Positions 31,168 to 40,095 of a DNA stretch of 41,566 nt are shown here, in pieces; position 1 is the stretch's first letter, and every line of letters starts with the position of its first letter. The DNA lies in the IMG/VR virus record IMGVR_UViG_3300024186_000007, positions 1 through 41,566 of that record; one strand, written 5' to 3'. The stretch is from a virus (lineage: Duplodnaviria; Caudoviricetes). The position numbers and the translations under genes were made by a program. The notes beneath the pieces were generated by a model. It was not told the origin of the DNA, did no database searches, and saw only the letters and a program-made list of their open reading frames with translations.

Positions 31168-32957
31168 TACCAGCTCCCGCCGATGGTCACGCTGCCGGGA
31201 GCCGGATGCGTGTCGTCGTTGACGGTGATGGCATTGCTGGCTGTTGCGGTCCATGCGCCATCGCCACGCAACCAGAGGCTGTCGGACGAGCGCTGCACCG
31301 ACAGGGTGATCGTGGCACCCTGCAGCCGCAGCGTGACGGCATACCAGCCGGACGGGATGGTACCCATGGCAATCGAGGTGGTCGAGCCGCCGCTCACAGC
31401 GAGATCAACCCAGTATTGCGCGCCGTCGCCGCGGATGGTCGCGGTGTAACCGGAGCGAGCCGTGGCGTGGACGTTGCCGGCCGGCACAATGCTGTAATCT
31501 GTCGGGATGGCCTTGTAGGTCAGGATGTAGTCCGGCCCCGCCATCAGGGCCGTCGAGCGATACTCGGCGGCGCCCGTGCCGAGCAGCGCGTTGCCGGTGA
31601 TCTGTGCCTCGCCGCTCACCACGGTCCACGCACCGACATCTGCTGCGTTGCTGTAGTCCTCCAGCAGCGTGCCGTCCGGTGCCGTGAAACTGGTGCGGAT
31701 CAGCGTCTGCTCGATGACCTCGCCGCCGCCTGTACCGGTGTCGATGTCGGCGACGAACTGCCGGTAGAATACCCGGTTGCCGTCGTTGAGGATGTGGGGA
31801 AACGCGCGCACCCGTTTGATCGGCTGGCCGTCGTCCGTGTAGACGTCGCGGTCCAGCGCATAGAGGTTGCCGTTCTGCCAATCGCCGACGACGATGGTAT
31901 CGTTGACCGGATAGCAGCAATTCGCCCTATGCCTGTGCTCGTCGCCGTTGCTGTCGATCCAGCACCATTCATGCCATAGCCCGGTGATGATGTCGTAAAC
32001 CCACGTCCGGTCGGCCTTTGGAAACGTCAGCACATAGAAGGCGTGACCGGCGATGCCGTAGCAGAAGCCGATGGCATCGTTGAGCGTCTCATAGCCGGCC
32101 AGTTCCTGCTCGATGGCGTGGGTGCTGATGCGCCTTGTCTTGTAGCCTTCGCCGTTGATGACGACGCCTCTGCCCTGTCGGTCCTTCGACAACCAGAAGA
32201 TCGAATTATCGTAGACTGCGGCGCTGTATTTCGCGCATGTCCCGTGGTCGCAAAACGTCCCTGGCTGCTCCTCGAACGTAAAGTCGGGCTTACCGCTGTT
32301 ATACCATATTTCGGTTGTCCGGTCGCCGATCAGCCAAATCTCGCGCTTTGCCACGGCGAGCGTCACCAGCAGATCGCTGAATGACTGCTTGTTGGCGAAC
32401 CACAGCGGGTCGAACGTCAGTGCCAGGCTATCGGACGAATAGAACTGCGGCGTCTTGGGCTTGTTGAACAGCAAGTAGGTGTCGAGGTAGTCCACCTTAT
32501 CCGCGCCGCTGAACATGCCGGTGGGATCACTGATGGCGGCGAAGGTGTCGTTGGTGAGGTCGATGGACCAGCCGTAGGGTGAGCCGTCCACAATCGCCAT
32601 CTGCAGCCCGTTGTCCTGCATGCTGACGGGCGTACGGTGGCCGGTGGTGACAGATCCAAGCAGCGTGCCGGCCCAGGTGCTCGGATCGAGGCGGTAGACG
32701 CCGGAGCCGGCCACGGCGTAGATGCCGCCGGTGGTCGCCTGCTTGATGGCGCGCACGCCGTTCTGTGGCAGGGTGTTGAGGCGTCGTAGCCCTGGTGTCG
32801 GGTAGTAGGCGAACTGCGCCGGCTCCTCGATGCCGGTGCTGCCGGTGTATTTGTTGCCCGTCGGCAGGCTCTCGGCGAACAAGTTGAGGCACCGCTGCGC
32901 GCTTGCGATGACGCTGCGGGCCTCGTAGGCGCCGCCAGAGAGTGCAAGACGCGACAT
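31167..32957 (-). CDS. P22 gp10-like tail hub (packaged DNA stabilisation), N-terminal part plus appended domain
   Basis: AQRCLNLF..TPGL...DNG...TTEIWYNSG...RISTHAIE...GHAFYVLTFP...TWVYD..TGLWHE...VVGDWQNG.LY.LD. Confidence 0.88.
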   Translation of the reverse strand: MSRLALSGGAYEARSVIASAQRCLNLFAESLPTGNKYTGSTGIEEPAQFAYYPTPGLRRLNTLPQNGVRAIKQATTGGIYAVAGSGVYRLDPSTWAGTLLGSVTTGHRTPVSMQDNGLQMAIVDGSPYGWSIDLTNDTFAAISDPTGMFSGADKVDYLDTYLLFNKPKTPQFYSSDSLALTFDPLWFANKQSFSDLLVTLAVAKREIWLIGDRTTEIWYNSGKPDFTFEEQPGTFCDHGTCAKYSAAVYDNSIFWLSKDRQGRGVVINGEGYKTRRISTHAIEQELAGYETLNDAIGFCYGIAGHAFYVLTFPKADRTWVYDIITGLWHEWCWIDSNGDEHRHRANCCYPVNDTIVVGDWQNGNLYALDRDVYTDDGQPIKRVRAFPHILNDGNRVFYRQFVADIDTGTGGGEVIEQTLIRTSFTAPDGTLLEDYSNAADVGAWTVVSGEAQITGNALLGTGAAEYRSTALMAGPDYILTYKAIPTDYSIVPAGNVHATARSGYTATIRGDGAQYWVDLAVSGGSTTSIAMGTIPSGWYAVTLRLQGATITLSVQRSSDSLWLRGDGAWTATASNAITVNDDTHPAPGSVTIGGSW

Positions 32958-34060
32958 TATGCCAGCACCATGACGCGGCTCTGCTGCTGTCCCGACAACA
33001 ACCCAGTCCCGAGCGACCAGGCGGAATAACCCGATGGTATCGCATAGCTGAACTGGCCGGCGGTATCGCGCAACTCGAACGTCGTCGCTGCGTCGCTACT
33101 GCAGAATACCATCATCGGCCAATTCCCAGGACTCACTGCGATGGGATTGGTTCCTGCGACTGGATCGCCCGCCGCTCCCAGGCCACTCCAGGAGCCGCCG
33201 TTCTTGCGGAACCAAACCCGGCCCTGTGTGGCATCATAGGCGATGCCGATGCTATCCCCGGCCACATAGGACAGTGTTGGCGAGGTCGATCCTGTCGTTG
33301 TGCCGAACAACGACCCGCTGTTCCTCAGTGCCTCGTATATCTTGAGCAGCGATGCGTCGATGCTGCCGGTGCCGGTGAGCGAACAATTCGCGCCGGCCAG
33401 CCCGATATTTGTGATTCCCAGCGTCCCGGTCACCACAATCTCGGCGTAGAACTTGCCTCCTGGCGAGGTTGCCTGTGTGACGACACTGCGGGCGGCTGAT
33501 AAGAACCCACCCGCTACCCTGATTGCCCGCGTCTTGTTGGCGTTGAGCGAATACTCTGTGGCGTGGTCTGGCGCGAACCCGTAGTCAAGCGCTCCACTGT
33601 CGAGCTGCAAAGCGATGCTCAATCCGTTATTGCTGCTTGATCCAGTACTGATCGGGTTTGGTGGTGTGTTGACGTTGACGCCACCGCTGATAAACCAAGC
33701 GCTGCCGGCCAGCGTGTTATCAATCGAAACATTGAGTCCCGCTGAAGAGCAATAACCAACGTAATACGTCCCGGCGACCAGCGGCGTGGCGGATGACAGC
33801 GGAAAGAAGTTATATCCTGAGACACTTGGCATGGCGACCACAGCGCCAGACGCCAGCAGAGCGGATGGTGACCCGTCATAAATCAGCACGCGCATGTTTC
33901 CGACAACGGGAGTGAGTGTGTTCAGCGCGACACCAGTCACGGTGGCACTCCGGAACAGTGTGACTTTGCTGGCATAGAGCGAATTGGCGCCAGCGCTGCC
34001 GCTAGAACTCAGCGTTGAGGTAAACGGCGATGATCCGTAACCGTTGGGAACCAGTGCCAT
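32957..34060 (-). CDS. Tail/receptor-binding protein with SPRY-like domain
   Basis: TGATG-coupled start MALVPNG at 34060; GKFYAEI...IGL...GDSIGIAYD..QGRVWFRKNG...FSYAIPSGYSAW. Confidence 0.75.
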   Translation of the reverse strand: MALVPNGYGSSPFTSTLSSSGSAGANSLYASKVTLFRSATVTGVALNTLTPVVGNMRVLIYDGSPSALLASGAVVAMPSVSGYNFFPLSSATPLVAGTYYVGYCSSAGLNVSIDNTLAGSAWFISGGVNVNTPPNPISTGSSSNNGLSIALQLDSGALDYGFAPDHATEYSLNANKTRAIRVAGGFLSAARSVVTQATSPGGKFYAEIVVTGTLGITNIGLAGANCSLTGTGSIDASLLKIYEALRNSGSLFGTTTGSTSPTLSYVAGDSIGIAYDATQGRVWFRKNGGSWSGLGAAGDPVAGTNPIAVSPGNWPMMVFCSSDAATTFELRDTAGQFSYAIPSGYSAWSLGTGLLSGQQQSRVMVLA

Positions 34061-34956
34061 CAGACGCGGCTCGTCAGGATTGATATACCCACGTCCGCAA
34101 GCGTGGCATCCTGCGTGCCCGGTGCCACAATTTGCAGCACATCGCCGACAGCGAGCGTGCCGCCAGCACCCGCTAGAGTGCAGGATGTGTTGGATGTGCT
34201 GGTGATGGTGACGGTGCCGAGCGCTGTCGTGGACCCGCCGCTGATCTTGTTGAGCGTGAACGCCGCGTTGGATGTCGTCTTGGTGCTGTCGTAGACCACG
34301 CTCCCGGCTAATGACGCTGGCACGGTCACGCCGAACGCCATCGGGACATTGACCACTGCCGAAGCTGCCGGCTTGCCGCTGAACGGGAACGAGACCGGCA
34401 CCTGCTGCACCGCGGCGGGCAACTGCGCGTAAGTCACTGCGCCGCTCATCGTGGAGAGCGCCGGCAGGCGTGCTGCCGCAAGCGTGCCGCTGCTGATGTT
34501 GGTCGCGTTCGTCGTGTCGGTGGTCGCCGAGGCCGCCGGTGTGGCGCCGTTGATCTTGCTGACGGTGGGGTTTGGGAATGTGCCGCTGAGATCGCCGCCA
34601 GCCGCACCGCTCGGTGGCGAGCCAACAACCTGCAGCGTGCCGCCAGCCGCTGTGAGAGAGCTTCCGAGCGCGTTCACCGCTGGCCCGTTCCACGAGACCG
34701 TCAGCACGCCGCCCACGGTAATGGGGCCGCCGCTGATGCCGGTGCCGGATGTGCCGACGCTGGTGACGGTGCCGCCTGCCCCCGGCGTTCCTGGCGGCCC
34801 CTGAGCGCCTGGAGCGCCTGCGGGTCCGGGAGGTCCGGCGGCGCCAGGTTCGCCTGGATCGCCCTTCTCGCCCTTCCCAGCACTCGCAATGGCGGCATTG
34901 AGCGCGTCCGCCGTCAGCAGATCGCCGGTTTCCCATGGATAGGCGTTATCGGTCAT
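34060..34956 (-). CDS. Collagen-repeat tail fibre protein
   Basis: [31 protein letters not shown]; GTVTSVG; [14 protein letters not shown]. Confidence 0.82.
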   Translation of the reverse strand: MTDNAYPWETGDLLTADALNAAIASAGKGEKGDPGEPGAAGPPGPAGAPGAQGPPGTPGAGGTVTSVGTSGTGISGGPITVGGVLTVSWNGPAVNALGSSLTAAGGTLQVVGSPPSGAAGGDLSGTFPNPTVSKINGATPAASATTDTTNATNISSGTLAAARLPALSTMSGAVTYAQLPAAVQQVPVSFPFSGKPAASAVVNVPMAFGVTVPASLAGSVVYDSTKTTSNAAFTLNKISGGSTTALGTVTITSTSNTSCTLAGAGGTLAVGDVLQIVAPGTQDATLADVGISILTSRV

Positions 34957-35714
34957 GACAGCACGCTATCCCCACCCACAACCCACGCCCGGTTAAGCCC
35001 GCGCCCAACCCAACTGCTCACGTCGCCACCGCCGCGACCGAAGTTGGGCAGTTTCAGGAGCGGGATCTGGCTGTTGGCCAACTCGATGGTGTTGATGGCC
35101 ACCTGCATCGCCGCGACATGATCCGGGCGAGCCGGCAGGCCGTAGCTCATCTGCAGCTTCACGCACAGCGCCCACATCGCCGCTTCCTCGTATTCCTCCG
35201 GCAGCGCAAGCGGATCGGTCAGCGTGGTGTAGGTCGGCAGCTCGGCCTTGCACACGATGTGCATCTCGTAGATCGCCGCAGGCGGCACCGGCCAGAAATG
35301 CACCCTGCCTAGCGGAAAGCTGCTGTCGTAGAACACGGCAGAGGGCAGCGACTTCAGATCCTTGATGCTGACGCCGGCCCAGTCCTCTTTGCTCTCGATG
35401 ATGGCGAGTTGGATATCTACCGGGTTAGGGCCGCCGAACGGCTGCATGCGGCACCAGGCGGCGTGAATCTTGTCCGGACGGGCGATGTTGTAGTCGCCAC
35501 CGGGACCGATGGTGTAGGAGTTGGCACCGGTCGAGACGAGCGCCGTGCTTGGCAGGTTCCATACCATCCAGCGTTTGCGCCGCCACGCTGCCATGAGCCA
35601 GCGGAGATACTGCAGGCCGGTGTTGGAATCCTCGGCGAGCGGGGTCTGGCCGACGCCGTTGATCCCTGCGCTCCGCAGCGTGAACGTGATGAGGTCACCC
35701 GTGGTCGCAATCAT
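34953..35714 (-). CDS. Head-tail adaptor (P22 gp4-like)
   Basis: TTGDLI...LRSAGI.GVGQTP.AED...GL..L...LPEEYEEA; position after coat and decoration genes. Confidence 0.78.
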   Translation of the reverse strand: MIATTGDLITFTLRSAGINGVGQTPLAEDSNTGLQYLRWLMAAWRRKRWMVWNLPSTALVSTGANSYTIGPGGDYNIARPDKIHAAWCRMQPFGGPNPVDIQLAIIESKEDWAGVSIKDLKSLPSAVFYDSSFPLGRVHFWPVPPAAIYEMHIVCKAELPTYTTLTDPLALPEEYEEAAMWALCVKLQMSYGLPARPDHVAAMQVAINTIELANSQIPLLKLPNFGRGGGDVSSWVGRGLNRAWVVGGDSVLS

Positions 35715-35806
35715 GGCTCACGCCTCATGTGGGGTGCCCCGATCTGCCGAGGATCGCGCTCGGGGCCACACGCATTGCAGTGACTGGGGGGACCAGCCTC
35801 GGCAGG

Positions 35807-36226
35807 TTACGCTGACAGGATGGTGAACCACACACCTGTCGCTGGTGAGACGAACGACGCCTTGCCGGCCGCAGCCAGGGAGATGCCGGTGGCCGCTGCG
35901 ACGCCGTTGATGGTGTCCGCGGTTGCCGGATCGGCGAACACCTGACAGGCCGCAGCGCCGCTGTTCTGCACATAGATCACCTGGCCACCGACGGCTGGCG
36001 GCAGTGCCACGCTGTCGGCCGCCGTCGCACACACGGCGATGCGGTTGACGGCTGCCCGCAGCTTCACGGCGGCAGCGCGCGTGCCGCCCGCTGTGGCGGT
36101 GATCGTCCCGGCATACGAGCGGCCGCCGCCTGAGGCAGCGATGGAGGGATCGAACAGCCCCGGCCCGCTGCTATAGGCCGAGGTGGTGGTATTGTCCTGT
36201 GGTCCTCGGTTGGCGAAGCCTGACAT
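35807..36226 (-). CDS. Small virion protein (decoration/head fibre candidate)
   Basis: AGGAGG RBS, MSGFANRG; Ala/Thr-rich beta protein directly after the coat gene. Confidence 0.72.
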   Translation of the reverse strand: MSGFANRGPQDNTTTSAYSSGPGLFDPSIAASGGGRSYAGTITATAGGTRAAAVKLRAAVNRIAVCATAADSVALPPAVGGQVIYVQNSGAAACQVFADPATADTINGVAAATGISLAAAGKASFVSPATGVWFTILSA

Positions 36227-36237
36227 GGCACACCCTC

Positions 36238-37425
36238 CTAATTCGCCACGAGTCTGCAGGCGAGCTGCGGTCGCAACGCCGCACATCCCCAAAGCACGTC
36301 GATGCGGATGGGGAATGTGTCGTCGGAAATCGAGTATTGACGCACCGCTCGCATGGATATACCGTCCTTTACCACCCGTGAGGCCATATCGACTCCTCCA
36401 GGCATCACTAAATCCGCAGTCGCGAATGTAAAAGCGTCCGGATGGTATGCTAAACTCAACCCGGTAGCGACGCTGGCGGTATTGGCGAAGGTAATCGGTG
36501 CGTTGTTCGCCGGGCTGGCGCTGACGTTCTGCGTCGGGCCTGACGTGATGATGGCGGGGGATATTGCCATGTTGCCCGCGCCTCCAGCATAGGCCGAGGT
36601 CAGCGTGAACTGCTGCAATACGCCCGTGTTCACCTTAGTTTCCGGATGCACGCGATAGACGCCGGTGATCGTAAACACGTCGCCAGCGTTGCCTGCGCCG
36701 GTGCCGGTGATGACGGCCAGCGTGGCGCCGGTCTGTGATGCCGGGCTGACGAGATAGCCGGCCTCAGCGCCGCGGGTCTGTGTCGTGAGGTGGGTATTCT
36801 CGGCCCACTCGAAGCCGCCCGACAGCCCCATCACGCCATCGATGTATTGGCGGCGGATCTGCTCCTGCGACTGGAACAACCCCTTCAGGGTATCGACCAG
36901 ATCCACGTTGTCCTGTGTGTTGATGCGCAACAACCATTGCTTTGACTGCGGCGTGAGGTTGTCGAGCAGCAGCTTGCGGGCCTGCAGGATGGTTTTGTAT
37001 GGCATCGGCGATGCGGCGGTGCCGACCTGGTTCCAGACTTTCGGCCACATCTGATTGACGAAATCGGCTTCCATGCGTGCGGCGAGGGTGGCGATGGCCG
37101 GCTCGATGTAGCGTGCCGAGAAGTCGTCGATGCTCAATGTGAGCTCGGCGCTGCTGAACGAAAAGTCGGTGTGGTACTGGTTGGTGATCGGCAGGCTGAC
37201 GTACTGCTCGACGGTGTTTTGCAGCGAGAGTGCCGGGGTGGTGGATACGGTGTATTGCACCGGCAGTCTGATGCGCAGCGTGGTGCCGATTTTAGCGCCA
37301 CTATTCGCGAAGCTGTCATCGTACTGGCGGTTGACGCTGCCGATGATGTTACATTTTTGATGGAGGATGACCAGCGCCTTTGCGGTGATCATATCAATGG
37401 TGAGTAGCGTGTTGGTGGCGGGCAT
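36238..37425 (-). CDS. Major capsid protein (P22 gp5 coat family)
   Basis: NTLLTIDMIT..AL.IL...VNRQYDDSFA..GAKIG.TLRIRLP...RIDVLWG...RPQLACR; GAGGAG RBS. Confidence 0.93.
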   Translation of the reverse strand: MPATNTLLTIDMITAKALVILHQKCNIIGSVNRQYDDSFANSGAKIGTTLRIRLPVQYTVSTTPALSLQNTVEQYVSLPITNQYHTDFSFSSAELTLSIDDFSARYIEPAIATLAARMEADFVNQMWPKVWNQVGTAASPMPYKTILQARKLLLDNLTPQSKQWLLRINTQDNVDLVDTLKGLFQSQEQIRRQYIDGVMGLSGGFEWAENTHLTTQTRGAEAGYLVSPASQTGATLAVITGTGAGNAGDVFTITGVYRVHPETKVNTGVLQQFTLTSAYAGGAGNMAISPAIITSGPTQNVSASPANNAPITFANTASVATGLSLAYHPDAFTFATADLVMPGGVDMASRVVKDGISMRAVRQYSISDDTFPIRIDVLWGCAALRPQLACRLVAN

Positions 37426-37611
37426 TGCCCTGCTCCTCGACAACAGATTGAGGGAAGGCGCCCGCGTGGATGCAGGGCGCCGGTTCAAGCCGTTGTCGCA
37501 ATGAGAGGGATAGCCGCGCTGACAGACGGTGGAGGCACGTCACGCGGTGTTACGGCCCGCTGCCCGTGTCGGCACGCTGCGCGGTGTTGACCGATCCGCT
37601 ACCGGTAGGCG

Positions 37612-37839
37612 CTACTTCTTGCGCTGCGCCTCGCGCTCTAGAAAAGCTGCAAGGGCGACAGCCTTCGCGTCCCACTGATCGAACATTTCGCGGAACCGCT
37701 CGGCATTGTTCACCGAGCGACGAATCTCCCGCACGTAGCCAATGGGATCGTGGAGATAATCGAGCGCGCGTTGTGCCCGTAATTCGTCAGGGAACAAGTC
37801 CCCAGCCGAGAAACTGAAATCAATCTGATACTGCTCCAT
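37612..37839 (-). CDS. Hypothetical protein
   Basis: 75 aa, TGATG-coupled to the scaffold gene. Confidence 0.6.
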   Translation of the reverse strand: MEQYQIDFSFSAGDLFPDELRAQRALDYLHDPIGYVREIRRSVNNAERFREMFDQWDAKAVALAAFLEREAQRKK

Positions 37840-38588
37840 CAGCGGCTTCGGCGCGCTTCCATGGCCTCGCGGCTGTACTTCTCCACGAGCTGCTGCGCGC
37901 TGAGCCGGTATTCGTTGACCTGCGGGTTGGCACGGCCTGTCACCGGCCGCACCGGCGCTGGTGCCTGGGTGATCTGCCGCGGGGCCGATGCCAGGCGTGC
38001 CGGCGGCGTGTCCTCGACCGTCGCCGCGTATTTGCCCAGCGCCACGGCCCGCGCGCGCTCGGTGCGCAGGTTGGCAATGCGCTCCAGCGCGTCGGGATCC
38101 GAAGCGAGCGACGCTGCCACCCGCACGCCTTCGGGCATCTCGATCAGCAGTTGCGCAAGGCCGGCATCCGCGCCCATCGCCATCAGGTCGTCGCAGCGCT
38201 GGCGCCAGTCGGGAAACGCGGCATTGCCCTGAGCGTGGAACGCCTCCTGGCGAAGCTGCGCCTCGACCTCGCCGCGGATTTGGGCACGTTCGCGCTGGTA
38301 GCGCTGCTCCGGGGTTTCCTCGGCGGGCGCCTGCTGCTGCGCCTGGCGGCGGTAGAACTCCAGCTCGGCGCGTTGTGCCTCACGCTCGCGCTCTGCTGCG
38401 CCAAGGCGGGCGCGTAGCTGCGCGATGCGGCGGTCTTCCTTGTCCCGCGCGGCTTTCTGCTCGTCCTCCGGCGTCTGCTCGCTCTCATTAGCCGGGCTAT
38501 CGGGAGCCGGTGTGGGCTCTGGTGCAGGCGCGGGCGTGGGTGTGGGTTCCGGCTCGGGCGCCGGTTGGCCTTCGGTGGTCTCAGACAT
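37839..38588 (-). CDS. Capsid scaffolding protein
   Basis: Acidic Pro-rich N-terminus, coiled coil, ITQAPAPVRPV C-terminus; upstream of coat. Confidence 0.82.
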   Translation of the reverse strand: MSETTEGQPAPEPEPTPTPAPAPEPTPAPDSPANESEQTPEDEQKAARDKEDRRIAQLRARLGAAEREREAQRAELEFYRRQAQQQAPAEETPEQRYQRERAQIRGEVEAQLRQEAFHAQGNAAFPDWRQRCDDLMAMGADAGLAQLLIEMPEGVRVAASLASDPDALERIANLRTERARAVALGKYAATVEDTPPARLASAPRQITQAPAPVRPVTGRANPQVNEYRLSAQQLVEKYSREAMEARRSR

Positions 38589-38591
38589 GGC

Positions 38592-38783
38592 CTACTCGTT
38601 GTGTGGTGGTGCGGATGGCGCGTGGCCGTGCGTGATGCTGGCCGGGGCGTCCTCTGTGGGTTGTGCCAGGGTGCCGCGTTGGATGGCGGTCTGCATCTCT
38701 AGTTCGAGGATGCGAGCGCGCAGGCGGCGGATTTCGGCCAGCGCCTCAGCATGCGACAGCACGGTGTCGTCAGTGTCGCTCAC
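38592..38783 (-). CDS. Small coiled-coil hypothetical protein
   Basis: GTGA-coupled start MSDTDDTVLSHAEALAEIRRLRARILELE. Confidence 0.55.
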   Translation of the reverse strand: MSDTDDTVLSHAEALAEIRRLRARILELEMQTAIQRGTLAQPTEDAPASITHGHAPSAPPHNE

Positions 38784-39040
38784 AGCGACGGCGGTTCCCA
38801 ACGGAAGCTCAGCGACGATCTGTGTGGCTTGAAAGCCTCGTTGTATTGGCGAGCCACCGTCTCCTGAAACGCTTTCCGGTCTGCGAAACCCGGAGCGTAC
38901 ATATCTTTGATGATGCACGCCGTCTGGACCTTGCCGCTGCGGATGAGATTCTCCAGCATCCTGCGCAGGCTGGGATGTTCGACGTCTTCGAGGATGATCC
39001 TGCGGAACTCCTCGCAAACCTCGTCGCTGGTGTCGGTCAC
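38780..39040 (-). CDS. Hypothetical protein
   Basis: 86 aa, 4-bp overlaps on both sides. Confidence 0.6.
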   Translation of the reverse strand: MTDTSDEVCEEFRRIILEDVEHPSLRRMLENLIRSGKVQTACIIKDMYAPGFADRKAFQETVARQYNEAFKPHRSSLSFRWEPPSL

Positions 39041-40095
39041 TGGTTGCCTTGCGTGGCTGCTGCGCCGCCGCCTGCGATCAGGCCGGCGATGCCATACTTG
39101 CGCAGCAGGTTGATGGTATCGGCATCGAACACCACGACGTTGTGGGTGCCCTCGCCAGCGGTGCGGCTATTTTGGTCGAGGTAGCGGATGCCGGGGATGC
39201 CGGCATCACTAAGAGCAGCGGCGGCGCCGCGTGACGAATGACCGGACATCTTCAAGATATCTTCGATGTGCATGCCCGTGGTTGGCATATTTGGGTTCTT
39301 CGCCAGATAGTCACCGACAAACGCCAGTGGACCACCAGGGGAGAATGCAGCCTGCACATCCGGGTGCTGCTCGCTCAGCGGCTTATCCCAGTGCAGCATG
39401 CGCGCGGGATCGGCGTTGATGTCCACCTCATACATGTGGCCGGGAGGCTGAGTGACCGGCGGCAACTCGTGGCCTGCCTGTAGATACCGCAGCGCCGCCG
39501 CGGTCGGGTCCGATGTCTCGTTCCATCCCTTCTGATTGCGCAGCGACGCCACCTGCCCAGCAAGATCACGGACGGCAGCATTGCGGTCGCCGTTATAGCC
39601 CGCGACCACTGCGGCAGCGTGCTCAGCAGGGTTGGCCCAATCCACTGGCTGGCCACCGATTGTCGGATCACCGCGAAGCTGGTCGCGGTAGCTGCGCGCC
39701 ACGCCCTCGTTCTCGGCGAAATACAGGCCGTGCCCGTATGCCTGCGCGCCCTCGCCCGTGCCGATCTTGCTGGGGTCGAACCGCTCGAAACTGTGCGGCG
39801 ATCCGTGAAACGCCTTGATGCCGCCCTCGAAGTTGCCGGCCAGTTGCTGTAGTGCGTTGACCGCGTCCTTAGCGGTCGGATGTCCGCCCTCCCACACATC
39901 ACCACCGGTCCACAGCCCTTTTTTCTCGCTCTTGGCGCGCTGCTCGGCCAGCCACTGGCTGACGCGATCCACTCCACCGCTGACCACATCCGCGACCCGG
40001 CCAAACAGCCCTGGATCGGCATCGGTCACCGGCGCATATGCCAGCGGGTTGTCGCTGGCGTTCGGATCGGTGATCTGCAACGGATTGCCCGGCAC
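39037..40095 (-). CDS. ADP-ribosyltransferase-like (ART-PolyVal-like) protein
   Basis: AFHGSPHSFERFD..KIGTGEGAQAYGHGLYFAE...A..Y, MYEVDI, GIPGIRY, NVVVFD. Confidence 0.7.
   Translation of the reverse strand: MPGNPLQITDPNASDNPLAYAPVTDADPGLFGRVADVVSGGVDRVSQWLAEQRAKSEKKGLWTGGDVWEGGHPTAKDAVNALQQLAGNFEGGIKAFHGSPHSFERFDPSKIGTGEGAQAYGHGLYFAENEGVARSYRDQLRGDPTIGGQPVDWANPAEHAAAVVAGYNGDRNAAVRDLAGQVASLRNQKGWNETSDPTAAALRYLQAGHELPPVTQPPGHMYEVDINADPARMLHWDKPLSEQHPDVQAAFSPGGPLAFVGDYLAKNPNMPTTGMHIEDILKMSGHSSRGAAAALSDAGIPGIRYLDQNSRTAGEGTHNVVVFDADTINLLRKYGIAGLIAGGGAAATQGNQ

Noticed and set aside
34061-34936. 659-aa ORF as one protein, or frameshift fusion of collagen fibre and SPRY-like protein
   Set aside because: The N-terminal ~290 aa are an Arg/His-rich shifted-frame shadow; a TGATG-coupled ATG at 34060 explains the gene and no slippery site was seen.
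27719-34956. Diversity-generating retroelement or invertase-driven fibre switching
   Set aside because: No reverse transcriptase, invertase, or template/variable repeat pair seen.
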